A stretch of 64,000 bases of DNA from assembly GCA_963850305.1 (NCBI GenBank), contig CAWKKR010000008.1, positions 1 to 64,000 on the forward strand. Reading direction: 5' to 3'. Made by a program: the position numbers and the translations under genes. The stretch's first letter is position 1; each line of letters begins with the position of its first letter. Below, in pieces: positions 20,019 through 30,344 of the stretch. The notes beneath the pieces were generated by a model that saw nothing but the letters and a program-made list of their open reading frames with translations, was not told the origin of the DNA and searched no databases. The DNA comes from an uncultured delta proteobacterium (GTDB lineage: Bacteria > Myxococcota_A > Polyangia > Polyangiales > Polyangiaceae).

Positions 20019-23000
20019 GCGGGCGAGAGATTGATTTTCGCGCCGTCGAGAAGGTGCGCCAACCGTTCGGGCTCGAGCGACGTCATGAGGTATCGGAGGA
20101 GGTCATCTTGCCGAGGCTGCCCAAAGACCATCCGGTACAGCGAGCATCTGGACAGAGTCCGCATTTGCCCGAGTTCGCGGCTCGAAGGAAACGACGGCAC
20201 GTGTCGCTCGATCCGCGCGCCGCCCTCGACGGCGTAGACCCAGAAGGGGATTACATCGGAGGACCCATTGGGGCGCCCCCGTCGCGCTTCCTCGAACATC
20301 GACTCCCACGGATCGACGGCGTTGGTCCTTGATGCTCGCGGTTCCGTGGGCAAGCGCGACGTTCTTCCGGACGGCGTGCCCCTTGAAACGGTGAACGCGG
20401 CCTTCGCGCTGCTCCAGATCGACCGGATTGGTCGGCAAGATTCCAGTGCACGACGGCGTGGCAGTAGGTGTGGAAGTCGAGCCCATCCTGGCCCGACCGA
20501 CGTGGTTGCGACCACGAACGGCCAGAACGGCGAGTTGAACGCCTTCCGGACGCTGAGTCGCGCGCTGAGTCGCGATCCTTCATCCTCGGTGCGTTCGTCA
20601 CCGAATCGCAGTGGCGAAGTGACAGCGCATGCGCATCGCGTCTGTGGCCGTAGCGTCCGCCCAGACCGGTCAGGCCAAGGTCCGACCGCCCAGGTTGGCC
20701 GTCCGCAGCGACATGGCCTCGGAAATCTCTTGCGCGATCTGGCGCACTCGGTCGATGGCACCGCCGTCCGCGAGGCCCAGAGGATTCGCGGAGTACGTGG
20801 TCGTACTCGTCGAGCACCGCCTGCAGGCAGCCATCGACGCAATAGTCCAGCACCTGGCGCCAGTAGGGCGGTTCACCTTCAAGCAGCGACATGACCTCGG
20901 TCTGATTGAACAGGCCGCGGAAGCTCCACGCCGACTGCGCGGCTCCGTTTCGCACTCGCACCCCGCATAACCGCCGAGGGCGTCCGTGCGCATGCCGACG
21001 ACACGCAGCATGGACCGGAGCATCGCTGACGCCCGGGGCGCCAACGCGCGACTCGTGCGAGCACGTGACGAGGTCCGCCGGGGCTTTGCCGAGCGGGGAC
21101 CTCGCGTCCGTCTCCAGGGCCAGCTTCTTGGGCACGTGGTCATCCCAGGACCGCGGTGTCACCTTCGGCGCGTCGGGGCCGGCGGCGCTGGCGGGTCGTT
21201 GCGGCACCGGAGCAGATGCCGCGAGCCGCGTTGGCCAAACCATGCCTTGGTTGCCGCGGGCTCGAGAGCTCGGTCGAGCAGTAGCGGGCGCGGCCCAGTA
21301 CCAGCGCTCATCTTCCTGTCCGTCGAGGACCGGCGCCACTCGCAACCGCGTCAACGCGACCTCGATGATGCTTTCCGCCTCTCCGAGTATCCGGGCGATG
21401 TCGACGCTGGACACACCGATTCCGTCCGCCGCCGTCTCCGCGCGATGCGCCGGATCGAAGGCCTTGGCGAGATAGGCGCTGGGGTAATGAGAGCGAGCAC
21501 CGGCATCCCGGCGGGACGGCCGAAGGTCGCCGACCGAACCGCAGCAACGGGCGCGGCGCTTCCGCGCTTCCGGCGTATTCGCCCCCGCGCCCGAACGCCC
21601 TACCATGAGGCGCTCCGCCTCGTAGCTGAGAAACGCGGCGACGGCCCGCGGCACGAAGCTCCACGACGAGAAGATGAGCGCTTCGTGAACGCCTGAACGG
21701 CGGGGTCTCCGCACGGCCCTGCGGCCGTCGGTAGTAGGGCAGCGCGGGCGGCATCCAGAGGAGTCTGGCGGGCGCCGGGGCCCACGGTCTCGGCGGCCAG
21801 CGCGCGGAGCCGCCCGTTCCCGGCATCGACTCCGCGTAGCGCTCGACACGCTCCCATTCGAGGGCCGCCCTCGGAGCGGTCTGAGAGTGCGTCCGCCTTC
21901 GCGATGAGCCGATGGCCTCTTCGGCGGCTGCGTTGAGCTCTCGCTTGAGCTTGTAGTTTTCGTCCATGAAGTTGAGCAGCGTAGGGGAGCGCTCTTCCAG
22001 AAGTCGAGGACGTCAGCCGGTGCGAGAAGGCGCCTGACGTTCTGCGACGCGAGGACGTCGAGGACGTCAGGCTCCCGAAGCCCGACGGACGCCGCTTGCT
22101 TCTCGACGAGCATGCCGCTCCGATCCGGCGTCGAGGCCAGGCGCTCGGTCCGAACCATAACGCGGCGAAGACGGGCTTCCAGATCTGCCCGCGACGTGTG
22201 AAGCGGCTCCTCCGTTCCGCGCTCTCCGGCCGAGAGCAACGCCTTGCGGTACCCGAGGCGGAGCGTGCTCCAGACTGCTGTCGCCACCGTTGCTGCGTTC
22301 GAGGAAGCGGAGGGTCCGCACGAAGTCGGCGTAGTGATCGTCTCGGTGACGCCTCGTCGGCGACCGTGTACATCTTGTACGGGGTCGCGGAGAGGAGAAG
22401 GACGCGGCGCGTCGGCGTTGGTTGAAGAGATCGTGTGGCGAGCTCGACCGGCCTCGGATCTGCGCGGTCGAGGAGATGACCGAAGCGCTGGAACTCGTCG
22501 AGGATGACGAGGTCGGGCTTGAGGGCAGCGATGCAGCTGGCGGCGAGCAACGCGCGCAGCTCACCGACGAACTCGGACCGTTTGCTCGCGATGTCGTTTG
22601 CCGGGGACGCCCCATCGCGCGAGTACCCCCGCGTCAGCTCCTCGAACCGCTCCCGCAGGTTGGGGCGTTGCTGTCCGCTCGCCTTCTCGTCGGCCTCCGC
22701 GAGCTTCCGTTCGAACGTGTGAAGCTCTTCCGCTCGGGATCGATGTCCGAGAGACGGTACGTCGCAACCTGCTCACGGAATCGCTTCGAGCTCGCGTATC
22801 CCTGGAATACGTTCATCGGTGCAGCGCGCGTCCCGAGGTCCCACAGCTCGCGCAGCATGGCGTAGAGCAACAGCCGCTCGTCCATTGGCCGAGTCCCCCG
22901 TGCACGTCGAAGGACGTCCCCGGGGTGAACGAAACGAAATTCACTCCGGACTTCGCCTTCCGCATTTCTTCGATACGGAGGGGAAGCAACGTCAGGCGCG

Positions 23001-23316
23001 ACGCGAACGCGGTGTGTTGCCCCGACACCTTGAGTCGGTTGATGTTCTGGCGGGCGATGTCGCCGTTCGAGCAGATGTAGATAATGTCGACGCGATCGAC
23101 TTTGCCCCTCAGGTGGTCGATGGCACGAGCGATCACACCGCGGGCGATGAGGGTCTTGCCCAGCCCGACCTCGTCCGCGACGAGGAAACGCCGCGGGCTC
23201 CCATCCGCGTACAAGCGCTCGAACACGTAGTCGACGGTTTGGCGCTGGAAATCTTTCAGCCCGCGGAGCGCCGCCTCCGTGTCGGTCGCGCCCGTGTCGT
23301 GTGCGGCGGCACTCAC
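20015..23316 (-). pseudogene. SF2 helicase of the type found in DUF6361-PLD-helicase (Azaca-like) operons, heavily frameshifted
   Basis: Ordered fragments: LKDFQ...FLVADEVGLGKT; PDLVILDEFQRF; VLLLSATPYKMYT; AFNSPFWPFVVATTSVG; NPVDLEQREGRVHRFKGHAVRKN; YRMVFGQPRQDDLL. The family assignment is from recall. Confidence 0.8.
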
Positions 23317-23397
23317 GATCGCCCTCGCTTGCGAGTCGCGGCCCTAGCGTCGCGTATCGGTTCCCATATCTCCATAAAGCCCGTCGGCAAGCCCGGC

Positions 23398-24655
23398 TGT
23401 GGGGGCTACTTCTCGCGTCCGCCGCAGGATCGCTCAGGAATCCGGCACGCACAAGCCTTGAACGGCGTCGCGAGATCGACGAGATCGAGATCGTGATCGC
23501 GGCGCTGATTCGGCGAATTCGTGGCGTCGCGGGAAGGATCGCCGAGCGCGTGGACGCGGCCATGCGAACCGCGACGCGGCCGGTCTCGATCGTCGGCGGG
23601 GTGCTCCGAGACGTCAGCCGCACGCGGGAGGAACTCGTCGCGGAGAACACGGCTCTCCGACAGCAGTTGATCGTGGTGGCGAGGACGGTGAAGAAGCCGA
23701 AGTTCGCGGGGCACGAGCGTGGGCTCGTGGTGCTGCTCGCCCGCCTCATGCCCCGCTGGCGAGAGGCCATGCTTCTGGTGAAGCCCGAGACCGTTCTCCG
23801 GTGGCACCGCGAAGGATTCCGGCTGTTCTGGCGCGCGAGGTCCCGGCCACCAGTTGCCGCCACCCCGCGGATCGCTCCCGAAACGGTCGAGCTCATCCGA
23901 CGGCTCGCTAACGAGAACCGGCTCTGGGGTGCCGAGCGGATTCGCGGCGAGCTCCTGAAGCTCGGCGTCAACGCGGCGAAGCGAACCATCCAGAAGCACA
24001 TGCGCCGGGTCCGTGGGCCGCGTCCTTGGGGGCAGAGCTGGTCGACGTTCCTCGGCAACCACATGCACCAGACGTGGGCGTGCGACTTCCTGCAACTCTA
24101 CGATATCTGGTTCCAGCCGATCTTCGCGTTCTTCATCATCGACCTCGGCTCGCGCAAGGTCGTACACGTGGGCGTGACCCGGAACCCGACCACGACGTGG
24201 GTCGCCCAGCAGCTTCGGAACGCGACGCCGTTCGGCGAGGGACCCCGGTTCCTCATCCGTGACAACGACGACAAGTTCGGCGTGGATTTCGACCGAGCAG
24301 CGAAGGGAGCGGGCGTCCGAGTCCTCCGCACCGCAGTGCGGGCACCTCGCATGAATGCGTTCTGTGAGCGCTTTCTCGGCAGCGCTCGTCGCGAGTGCCT
24401 CGATCATGTCGTCGTATTCGGCGAGCGTCACCTCGAGCGTGTCCTGCGCGAGTACTGCTTCGACTACTTCAACTGCGCTCGCCCTCACCGAGGGATCGGG
24501 CAGCTCGTGCCGATCGGCGCGGCGACCTCGGCCACCGGAAGCGCAGAGGTCGTAGCCGTCCCCGTGCTCAACGGCCTGCACCACGACTATCGCAGGGCCG
24601 CGTGACCGTTGTGCCAGAGGTCTCCGCGGGACGGACGGACGAAGTAGCCCCCACA
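23398..24655 (+). mobile_element. IS481-like insertion sequence, copy 2 (full length, 1258 bp)
   Basis: Same TIRs as copy 1; intact IRRLANENRLWGAERIRGELLKLG HTH region and DDE core; transposase stop at 24605. Confidence 0.92.
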
Positions 24656-24948
24656 GGCGGGAACGGCGCACCGATCGGACCCCGGTGTAGCCTGCCGAAC
24701 GAGTGACATCGGCCTCAGTCAGAATGCCGGCAACGATCTCGCGCCCAGGCGTTCCGTTCGTAGCGGGCGCGCTGTTCGCGCTCTTAGCGAACGACGCGAA
24801 CGCCGAAGGCGCGCATCATCGACGCAAGCGGCAACTTCGTGTCGACCGAGCTCCGTCCCGACATGCACCCCCGAGTCGGACACGACGCTCGAAACCGACT
24901 GAGCCCATGGAGTGCGCGCGAAAGCGATTCTTCCCGCAGTTCCGCAGT

Positions 24949-25299
24949 CTACTCGTCAACCGGAGTCGGCGGATCGCCGGACCGCGAACGCCAGCGGCGC
25001 GGGAGGTCCATCGCGTCGTACGCCAGTGCGAAAACTTCGACCAGGTCCCGATTGACGATGCGATACATCAGCACGTGGCGTGCTCGCCGACCTGGTTTGC
25101 CGATCGGGAGAATCCACGCCTCGGGATTAATGTCGGGACGAGCGCGACCCGCCATAGGATCGGCCACCAACGCTTCGAAAGCTTCCTCGATGAGCGCTGC
25201 GTAGTCCTCGTACTTATGGACCCCGAACCTGCGGAACGTATGACGAAGCGCGTCTTCGATGTCGCCATCGACGGCGAGAAGCAGCCGGACGCGCGCCAT
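24949..25299 (-). CDS. RelE/ParE-family toxin
   Basis: DIEDALRHTFRRFG...YAALIEEAFEALVADPMAGRARPDI...HVLMYRI ParE pattern. Confidence 0.85.
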   Translation of the reverse strand: MARVRLLLAVDGDIEDALRHTFRRFGVHKYEDYAALIEEAFEALVADPMAGRARPDINPEAWILPIGKPGRRARHVLMYRIVNRDLVEVFALAYDAMDLPRRWRSRSGDPPTPVDE

Positions 25300-25302
25300 C
25301 CG

Positions 25303-25569
25303 TCAGGCGGAGCGTTCAATGCGCGCGCGGATACGGGCCATGACCTCGGCGGGAGTTCCTTCGCTGAACTCGCCACGCTCGGCGGCAGCCTTGCGCTCCC
25401 GCCAGAGATCGCGCGCGTAGTCGAGAAATTCGTTCTCGGAGGCTTCGAGCGCCTGCACGCTGGCCCGCACCACCTCTTCGACGCTATCGAAGTTACCGGC
25501 GGCGACCTGCGCCCGAGCGATCTGAGCGATGTCCTCGGGAAGGTCGGCAGAGTCGAGATGACGGGCCAT
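25303..25569 (-). CDS. ParD-like RHH antitoxin
   Basis: LPEDIAQIARAQVAAGNFDSVEEVVRASVQAL; lies immediately upstream of the toxin. Confidence 0.85.
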   Translation of the reverse strand: MARHLDSADLPEDIAQIARAQVAAGNFDSVEEVVRASVQALEASENEFLDYARDLWRERKAAAERGEFSEGTPAEVMARIRARIERSA

Positions 25570-25685
25570 TCGTCTCAGCAACTATGCCCGAAGACGCGTC
25601 CTCAGACAAACGAGCAGCGCGCGCACGATCGTGATGAGCAGGTATGCACGGTCGGGCAAACCGTCGGCCGGACCGCGGGCACTGG

Positions 25686-26378
25686 CTACTCCCACCCGAT
25701 GCCGATCACCTCGTCGAACGGCATCCAGACCGGCGGAACCTCGTGATCTCGCTGGTCAGGAAATGAAGGTTGCACGCCCGCGCAACCCGAGATTCCTGAC
25801 CGGCGCTCTGCAGCAGAAGAAGCCGTCAGGATAAACGAAAGGTTGAAGGCCCCGGTCGCCCGGTAACGGCGGGCGGGGCCTTCGGCTTCCGGCGTCATGA
25901 CGACGGGGCTCGCGAAGCGCGACAGGATCTCGCGACCCCGCGCCGGGTCCGTTTCGACCACTTCGAGGAGGTTCTGGAGGAACCGATCGATGATTGCCGG
26001 AGGCGGCACTGGAACGACATCCCCCGCCCTGGACGCCGCGGTGCGCTCCGACTTGAGACGGCCGAGTTCCGCTTCCTCTTCCCTGAGCTTCGCCGCGAGC
26101 CCGTCGGACCAGCCGCTCTTGGCCATCGCCTCCGTAAGGTTCGCGAGACGCCGTTGTCCGTCTCGGATCCTCCGATCGAGCTCCAACGGCCCGCTGGCGT
26201 CGGTGCGTCGAAGCGCGACGGTTCGTTCCGTGAACGTGGACAGGAAGCGAGCGAACGACGCTGGACGACCGACCTTCGCCTTCAACGCTTTTACTATCGT
26301 ACCTGATGCCTTCTTCTCGGAGACGGAGAGCGCGTTCGCGCAGATCGTTGCACCTCGCGAATAGTGAGTCGTGCACCC
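25686..26378 (-). pseudogene. C-terminal fragment of a large serine recombinase
   Basis: Second half of a Zn ribbon (GCTTHYSRGATICANALSV), a coiled coil, DPARGREILSRF...VVMTP and a terminal GCAG. The catalytic N-terminus is replaced by an IS remnant. Confidence 0.7.
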
Positions 26379-26379
26379 G

Positions 26380-26594
26380 AGGCGCTCCGCTTGGTCAGAG
26401 GGCACGCCAGCTACTACAACGAAGACCGGCCCCACATGAGCCTCGACGGCGACGCGCCGATCACGCGCGGTCGAGCCGAGGACGTCCGGGAAGGTCGTAG
26501 CGCTTCCCAGAGTCGGCGGTCTGCATCACCGGTACGTGAGGAGGGCGGCGTGACGGCGCGCCCAAGACCCACGGACGCATTTCTCGCCATCACA
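26380..26594 (+). mobile_element. 3' end remnant of another rve/IS481-like element
   Basis: YYNEDRPHMSLDGDAP...VVALPRVGGLHHRY, followed by a right-end-like sequence finishing ...gccatcaca. Confidence 0.7.
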
Positions 26595-26708
26595 GTGCCG
26601 CCAATGCCGGCCGTGCAGTGGCAGGAGTATCTCGAAGAGCGGTTCGTCGAGGCGATCGCCCAGCACGACGAGACGTCCGGGGCTTAGACCCACCGCTCCT
26701 CGCGCGGA

Positions 26709-27311
26709 CTACCGGCCGGCGTCGGCGGTGCACCGCGGATCGAGCTTCTGAAGTTCCTGGATCTGCGCGTCGGTGAAGGGCAGCGGGTCGCACCCGTGCG
26801 TCGTCTCGCACACGAAGTCGAACTGAGGCTCCGCCTTCTTGTGGCAATCGAGACAGTTGAGGCCGAAGGCGTTGAGCACGTCCGTCGTGCCCTTCGTGTT
26901 TATCGTGACCCCGCTCGCCGACACCGCGAGGGAGAAGAATTCCCAGTCGTTCGTCGCGTCACTGTAGCCCGCGTGTCGCTTCACCATCGCTTCACCGGGA
27001 ATGAGCTGGATGATGGTGCCGACCGGGTATCGGCCGCCATTCGGGTCGTTCGCAACGGCCTCGGAAGCGCCGATGTTTCCGAATCGGTTGGTGAGATAGA
27101 AGCTTCGTACCTTCGTCCCGTCCAGGATGCACGCAAAGTCGCTCGGCGACGGCTCCGTGTCGAGGCCGGCGCCACTGTCCGGCCCCGCGCCGCTCGCGCC
27201 GCCAGTGCTCACCAGGCTCGAGTCGGCCCGGGCCGTCTTGTTGCTGCTGCAGGCGCCCGCTGCGACGGCAACGCCCAGTGAAATCGCGAGAAGGCTATTC
27301 AATCTTTTCAT
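26709..27311 (-). CDS. Cytochrome P460-like monoheme lipoprotein
   Basis: Lipobox AAGAC; YPVGTII...AMVKR...DWEFF; C-terminal CLDCH heme motif. Confidence 0.7.
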   Translation of the reverse strand: MKRLNSLLAISLGVAVAAGACSSNKTARADSSLVSTGGASGAGPDSGAGLDTEPSPSDFACILDGTKVRSFYLTNRFGNIGASEAVANDPNGGRYPVGTIIQLIPGEAMVKRHAGYSDATNDWEFFSLAVSASGVTINTKGTTDVLNAFGLNCLDCHKKAEPQFDFVCETTHGCDPLPFTDAQIQELQKLDPRCTADAGR

Positions 27312-27408
27312 GACGAGCTCCTGGCAAGCAAAGGCCGGATCGCTCCGACGCAGCGATCCAATGGAGGTACTTCAATTCGCGGTCGATTCAGACGTGCGCA
27401 TTGGCGCA

Positions 27409-27450
27409 GGAATTTCGAGGCCCTCGCCCGGTCGGGGGACTCGAAATTCC
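27409..27450. promoter_or_regulatory. Long hairpin (terminator or operator-like)
   Basis: Perfect 11-bp inverted repeat ggaatttcgag/ctcgaaattcc plus an inner ccctcg/cggggg stem; upstream of the P460 gene. Confidence 0.45.
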
Positions 27451-27539
27451 CATCGCTTCGATGGAAGCGACACGATAGTGGCGGTCGGACACAGCAACGG
27501 TCGGACGAAATGTGACGCCGCGCCCTCATGCCGGAGTCA

Positions 27540-27870
27540 CGTGCTCGAGTCACCATACATGGCAATTCGAACCGGGAGCGAAGGCGACGGGCGAGGTCCG
27601 ATGCCACCGGGCCGCCTCGTCCGTTCCCGATCGGGCGATCGTCGAGCGACACGATGGGCATGACGAGCTGCGACGTCGAGGTGATGAAGATCTCGTCTGC
27701 GCGGACGAGCCGCGTCACCGAAACCGCCTCGCCACGGACCTCGAGGCCGGCTTCGCGCGCGAGCTCGCACACGAGGGGGCGCATGGTGCCGGGAAGTCAC
27801 TCTATACCGAAAATCCCCGTCGCCGACGGCTCGGGCCGTCGTGGGACGGCGGGGAGCGGCGGGTCGACGA
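27540..27870 (-). pseudogene. Class IV aminotransferase (D-alanine aminotransferase-like) C-terminal fragment
   Basis: LPGTMR...ADEIFITSTSQLVMPIVSLDDRPIGNGRGGPV; no N-terminal half is visible. Confidence 0.75.
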
Positions 27871-28159
27871 CGGGGACGGCTTTGAGCGACCTGACCGCCG
27901 GAGGTTGCCGACGCAGAGAAGAAGATTGCCTCGATCTTGGAGATCACCTACCCGAACCCGAATGGCTCGCCCACAGATTCTGCTGAGGAGGCCAAAGTTT
28001 TTGCTCGCCACGGAACCTTGACGCAAGAGGCTCTTCTTCGCGACCGCGACGAGCCGTTCGAGCGCCGGGATTGATTCCTGCCCTGGCGTCGATTTGCCAG
28101 ATCTGGGCAAAGTCCCCGAGCGGTGGACACACATTCTTGCGTTGGTCTTGTCTGGTAGC

Positions 28160-29263
28160 ATGGCGCACATGCTCCGTCGTTCCGTCCCGTTTCTGCTGCT
28201 CGTTCTGCAAGGCTGTTCCGCTGACGGGAATAGTGGAAAGTCTTCAGGTAGCGGCGCCGCGTCCAACGCAGACTCCGGTTCGTCACGAAGCGGTGGTGGC
28301 GGTACCGGTGGAGAGACGTCGAGTAACGGCGGCGTTGGGAACGCCACCGGCGGCGCGTCGAACGGCGGCGCGTCGAACGGCGGCGCGTCGAACGGCGGCG
28401 CGTCGAACGGCGGCGCGTCGAACGGCGGCGCGTCGAGCGGCGGTGCATCGAGTGGCGGCGCATCGAGCGGCGGCGCATCGAGCGGCGGCACCGGAGGCAC
28501 GAGCGGCGTCACTTGGTGGAAGCCCGCGGAGAACACCACCTTCTACTGGGACTTGCAAAATGCGCCGCCCGACAACACGCGCAATGTCGGCGCGTACGAC
28601 ATTGACGGCTGGGGGAACACTGCACAGGAAGTGTCGGCGCTTCACGCGCTCGGCATCAAGGTCGTGTGTTACATGGACGCGGGCACGTACGAACCGGGTC
28701 GACCGGACTCGGCGGACTTTCCTGCGTCGCTCAAGGGGGCCGCCGTCCAAGGTTGGCCCGGTGAGTTGTGGCTCGACGTGCGGCCGTCCGGACCGAACTA
28801 CGCGAAGCTGCAAAGCATCATGCTGGCTCGCTTCCAGGTGTGTCAGCAAAAGGGCTTCGACGCGGTCGAACCCGACAATCTCGATTCGTATGAGAACGAT
28901 CCCGGGTTCAGCACGAGCGCGGCCGACCAACTCGCTTACAACGAGTGGCTCGCTACGACGGTCCACAGCCTCGGTCTCGGGATCTTTCAGAAGAACGATC
29001 TCGATCAGGCGCAAACGCTGGAACCTTACTTCGACGGGATCTTGGACGAAGAGTGCAACAAGTACTCCGAATGCAGCACCCTCGCTCCGTACACCGCGGC
29101 AAGCAAGCCTGCGTGGGATGCCGAGTACCAGGAAGACGGTGAGACGACCGCCAAGTTCTGCGACGCGGACGTCAAAGCGAATATCACGGGGGCACTGTTC
29201 AATCTCGATCTCGACGGCAGCCTCTTTCAACCGTGTTCGAACGACGTCGGCAAGCTCAACTGA
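28160..29263 (+). CDS. GH114 endo-alpha-1,4-polygalactosaminidase-like lipoprotein
   Basis: Lipobox LQGC; Gly-rich linker; KVVCYMDAGTYE-RPD, GWPGELWLDVR, KGFDAVEPDNLDSY, QKND, EEC. Confidence 0.88.
   Translation: MAHMLRRSVPFLLLVLQGCSADGNSGKSSGSGAASNADSGSSRSGGGGTGGETSSNGGVGNATGGASNGGASNGGASNGGASNGGASNGGASSGGASSGGASSGGASSGGTGGTSGVTWWKPAENTTFYWDLQNAPPDNTRNVGAYDIDGWGNTAQEVSALHALGIKVVCYMDAGTYEPGRPDSADFPASLKGAAVQGWPGELWLDVRPSGPNYAKLQSIMLARFQVCQQKGFDAVEPDNLDSYENDPGFSTSAADQLAYNEWLATTVHSLGLGIFQKNDLDQAQTLEPYFDGILDEECNKYSECSTLAPYTAASKPAWDAEYQEDGETTAKFCDADVKANITGALFNLDLDGSLFQPCSNDVGKLN
28349..28483 (+). repeat. 15-bp coding tandem repeat, (GGASN)5(GGASS)4
   Basis: ggcggcgcgtcgaac x5 followed by four variant units. 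Confidence 0.95.
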
Positions 29264-29485
29264 GTCGATATCGCGGGGCTGCTTCGTGACGGGCGTTCGC
29301 CCGCACGAATGACCATTCACGGCCGAATTACGCGGGCGATATCTTCTCGCGTCCGCCAAATCGGACATCGGAGGAGGCCATCATGACGCTACAGAACCGT
29401 CGCAAGTCGTCGTCAGCTCTATCGTTGCACTCACCGTCGTCGCGGGAATCGCTTCAGCGTAACCCGTGCACGAGTGACGTGTAGA

Positions 29486-29610
29486 CCGACCCCGTGCCAA
29501 ACCTCGCAAAATACTGCCCGATTGCGCTCGGTCGGGTTTCGGCACCCTACACGCGCGAAACCTCGCAAATTCCGCCCGAAGGCGCTCGATCGAGTCTCGG
29601 CACCTACGGG
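29486..29610 (+). repeat. Two tandem copies of a dispersed ~65-70 bp structured repeat
   Basis: aaacctcgcaaa...gcccga..gcgctcg.tcg.gt.tcggcacc occurs twice; related copies at 36652 (minus) and 63861. Confidence 0.85.
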
Positions 29611-29645
29611 AGCAGTCGAGTAGCCCCGACAGCGGGCATCGCGCT

Positions 29646-30344
29646 CTAGGTCTTTTTGAACCCGTAGGCGTTGAACCGGAACTTGCCGTTCGCGTACCCC
29701 GGGATACTTTGAGATTCAGTGCGAACGTTCGAGAGGCCGCATTCTTCGAGTTCGTCGGCGAGCCACTGACGGTCGTAGTAGAGGTGGTCGAGTCCGGCGT
29801 AGCGCACCGCGTATTCTTCGGGGCCGAAGGAGGCGCGCCGATAGGCGAGCGCCTCGGCTTCGATGGCGCGATCGGGGACGTCGAGGATCGCGACTCCCCG
29901 GACTGCGGTCCGGGCCATGCGCTGGATCACGGCGCGCGCGTAGTCGTACGACTCGAAATAGAGGAATACGCCGCACGAGACGACGACGTCGAACGGCTCC
30001 GTCGCGGCGAACGCCGTGGCCTCGGCGACCGTGAACCGACCCGTCGGCATCGCAACTCGCGCGATCTCGACGAGCGCCAGAGACCGATCGATGCCGGCAA
30101 CCTCGACGCCATGTTCATAGAGATCGAGAAGGAACGCGCCCGCGCCGCAGCCCACCTCGAGCACCCTGTCGCCGGACGAGAGCGCGAAGACATTCGCGAA
30201 GCCGCGAATGAACTCTCGCCATGGCGCCTCCGCCATGTCGCCGAAGCCGGTGTCGAGACCGTCCGCGGCCATGAGCTTAGCGAGAAGCGTGCCGCGCGAA
30301 GGATCGAGCCGACGCGCATCCCACACGGATTTCCATCTATTCAT
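29646..30344 (-). CDS. Class I SAM-dependent methyltransferase
   Basis: VLEVGCGAG motif I, GIDRS, FDVVVSCGVFLYF. Confidence 0.9.
   Translation of the reverse strand: MNRWKSVWDARRLDPSRGTLLAKLMAADGLDTGFGDMAEAPWREFIRGFANVFALSSGDRVLEVGCGAGAFLLDLYEHGVEVAGIDRSLALVEIARVAMPTGRFTVAEATAFAATEPFDVVVSCGVFLYFESYDYARAVIQRMARTAVRGVAILDVPDRAIEAEALAYRRASFGPEEYAVRYAGLDHLYYDRQWLADELEECGLSNVRTESQSIPGYANGKFRFNAYGFKKT

Noticed and set aside
29486..29610. Integron attC sites
   Set aside because: No RYYYAAC/GTTRRRY ends, no cassette periodicity, and no IntI-specific features visible in the degraded recombinase.
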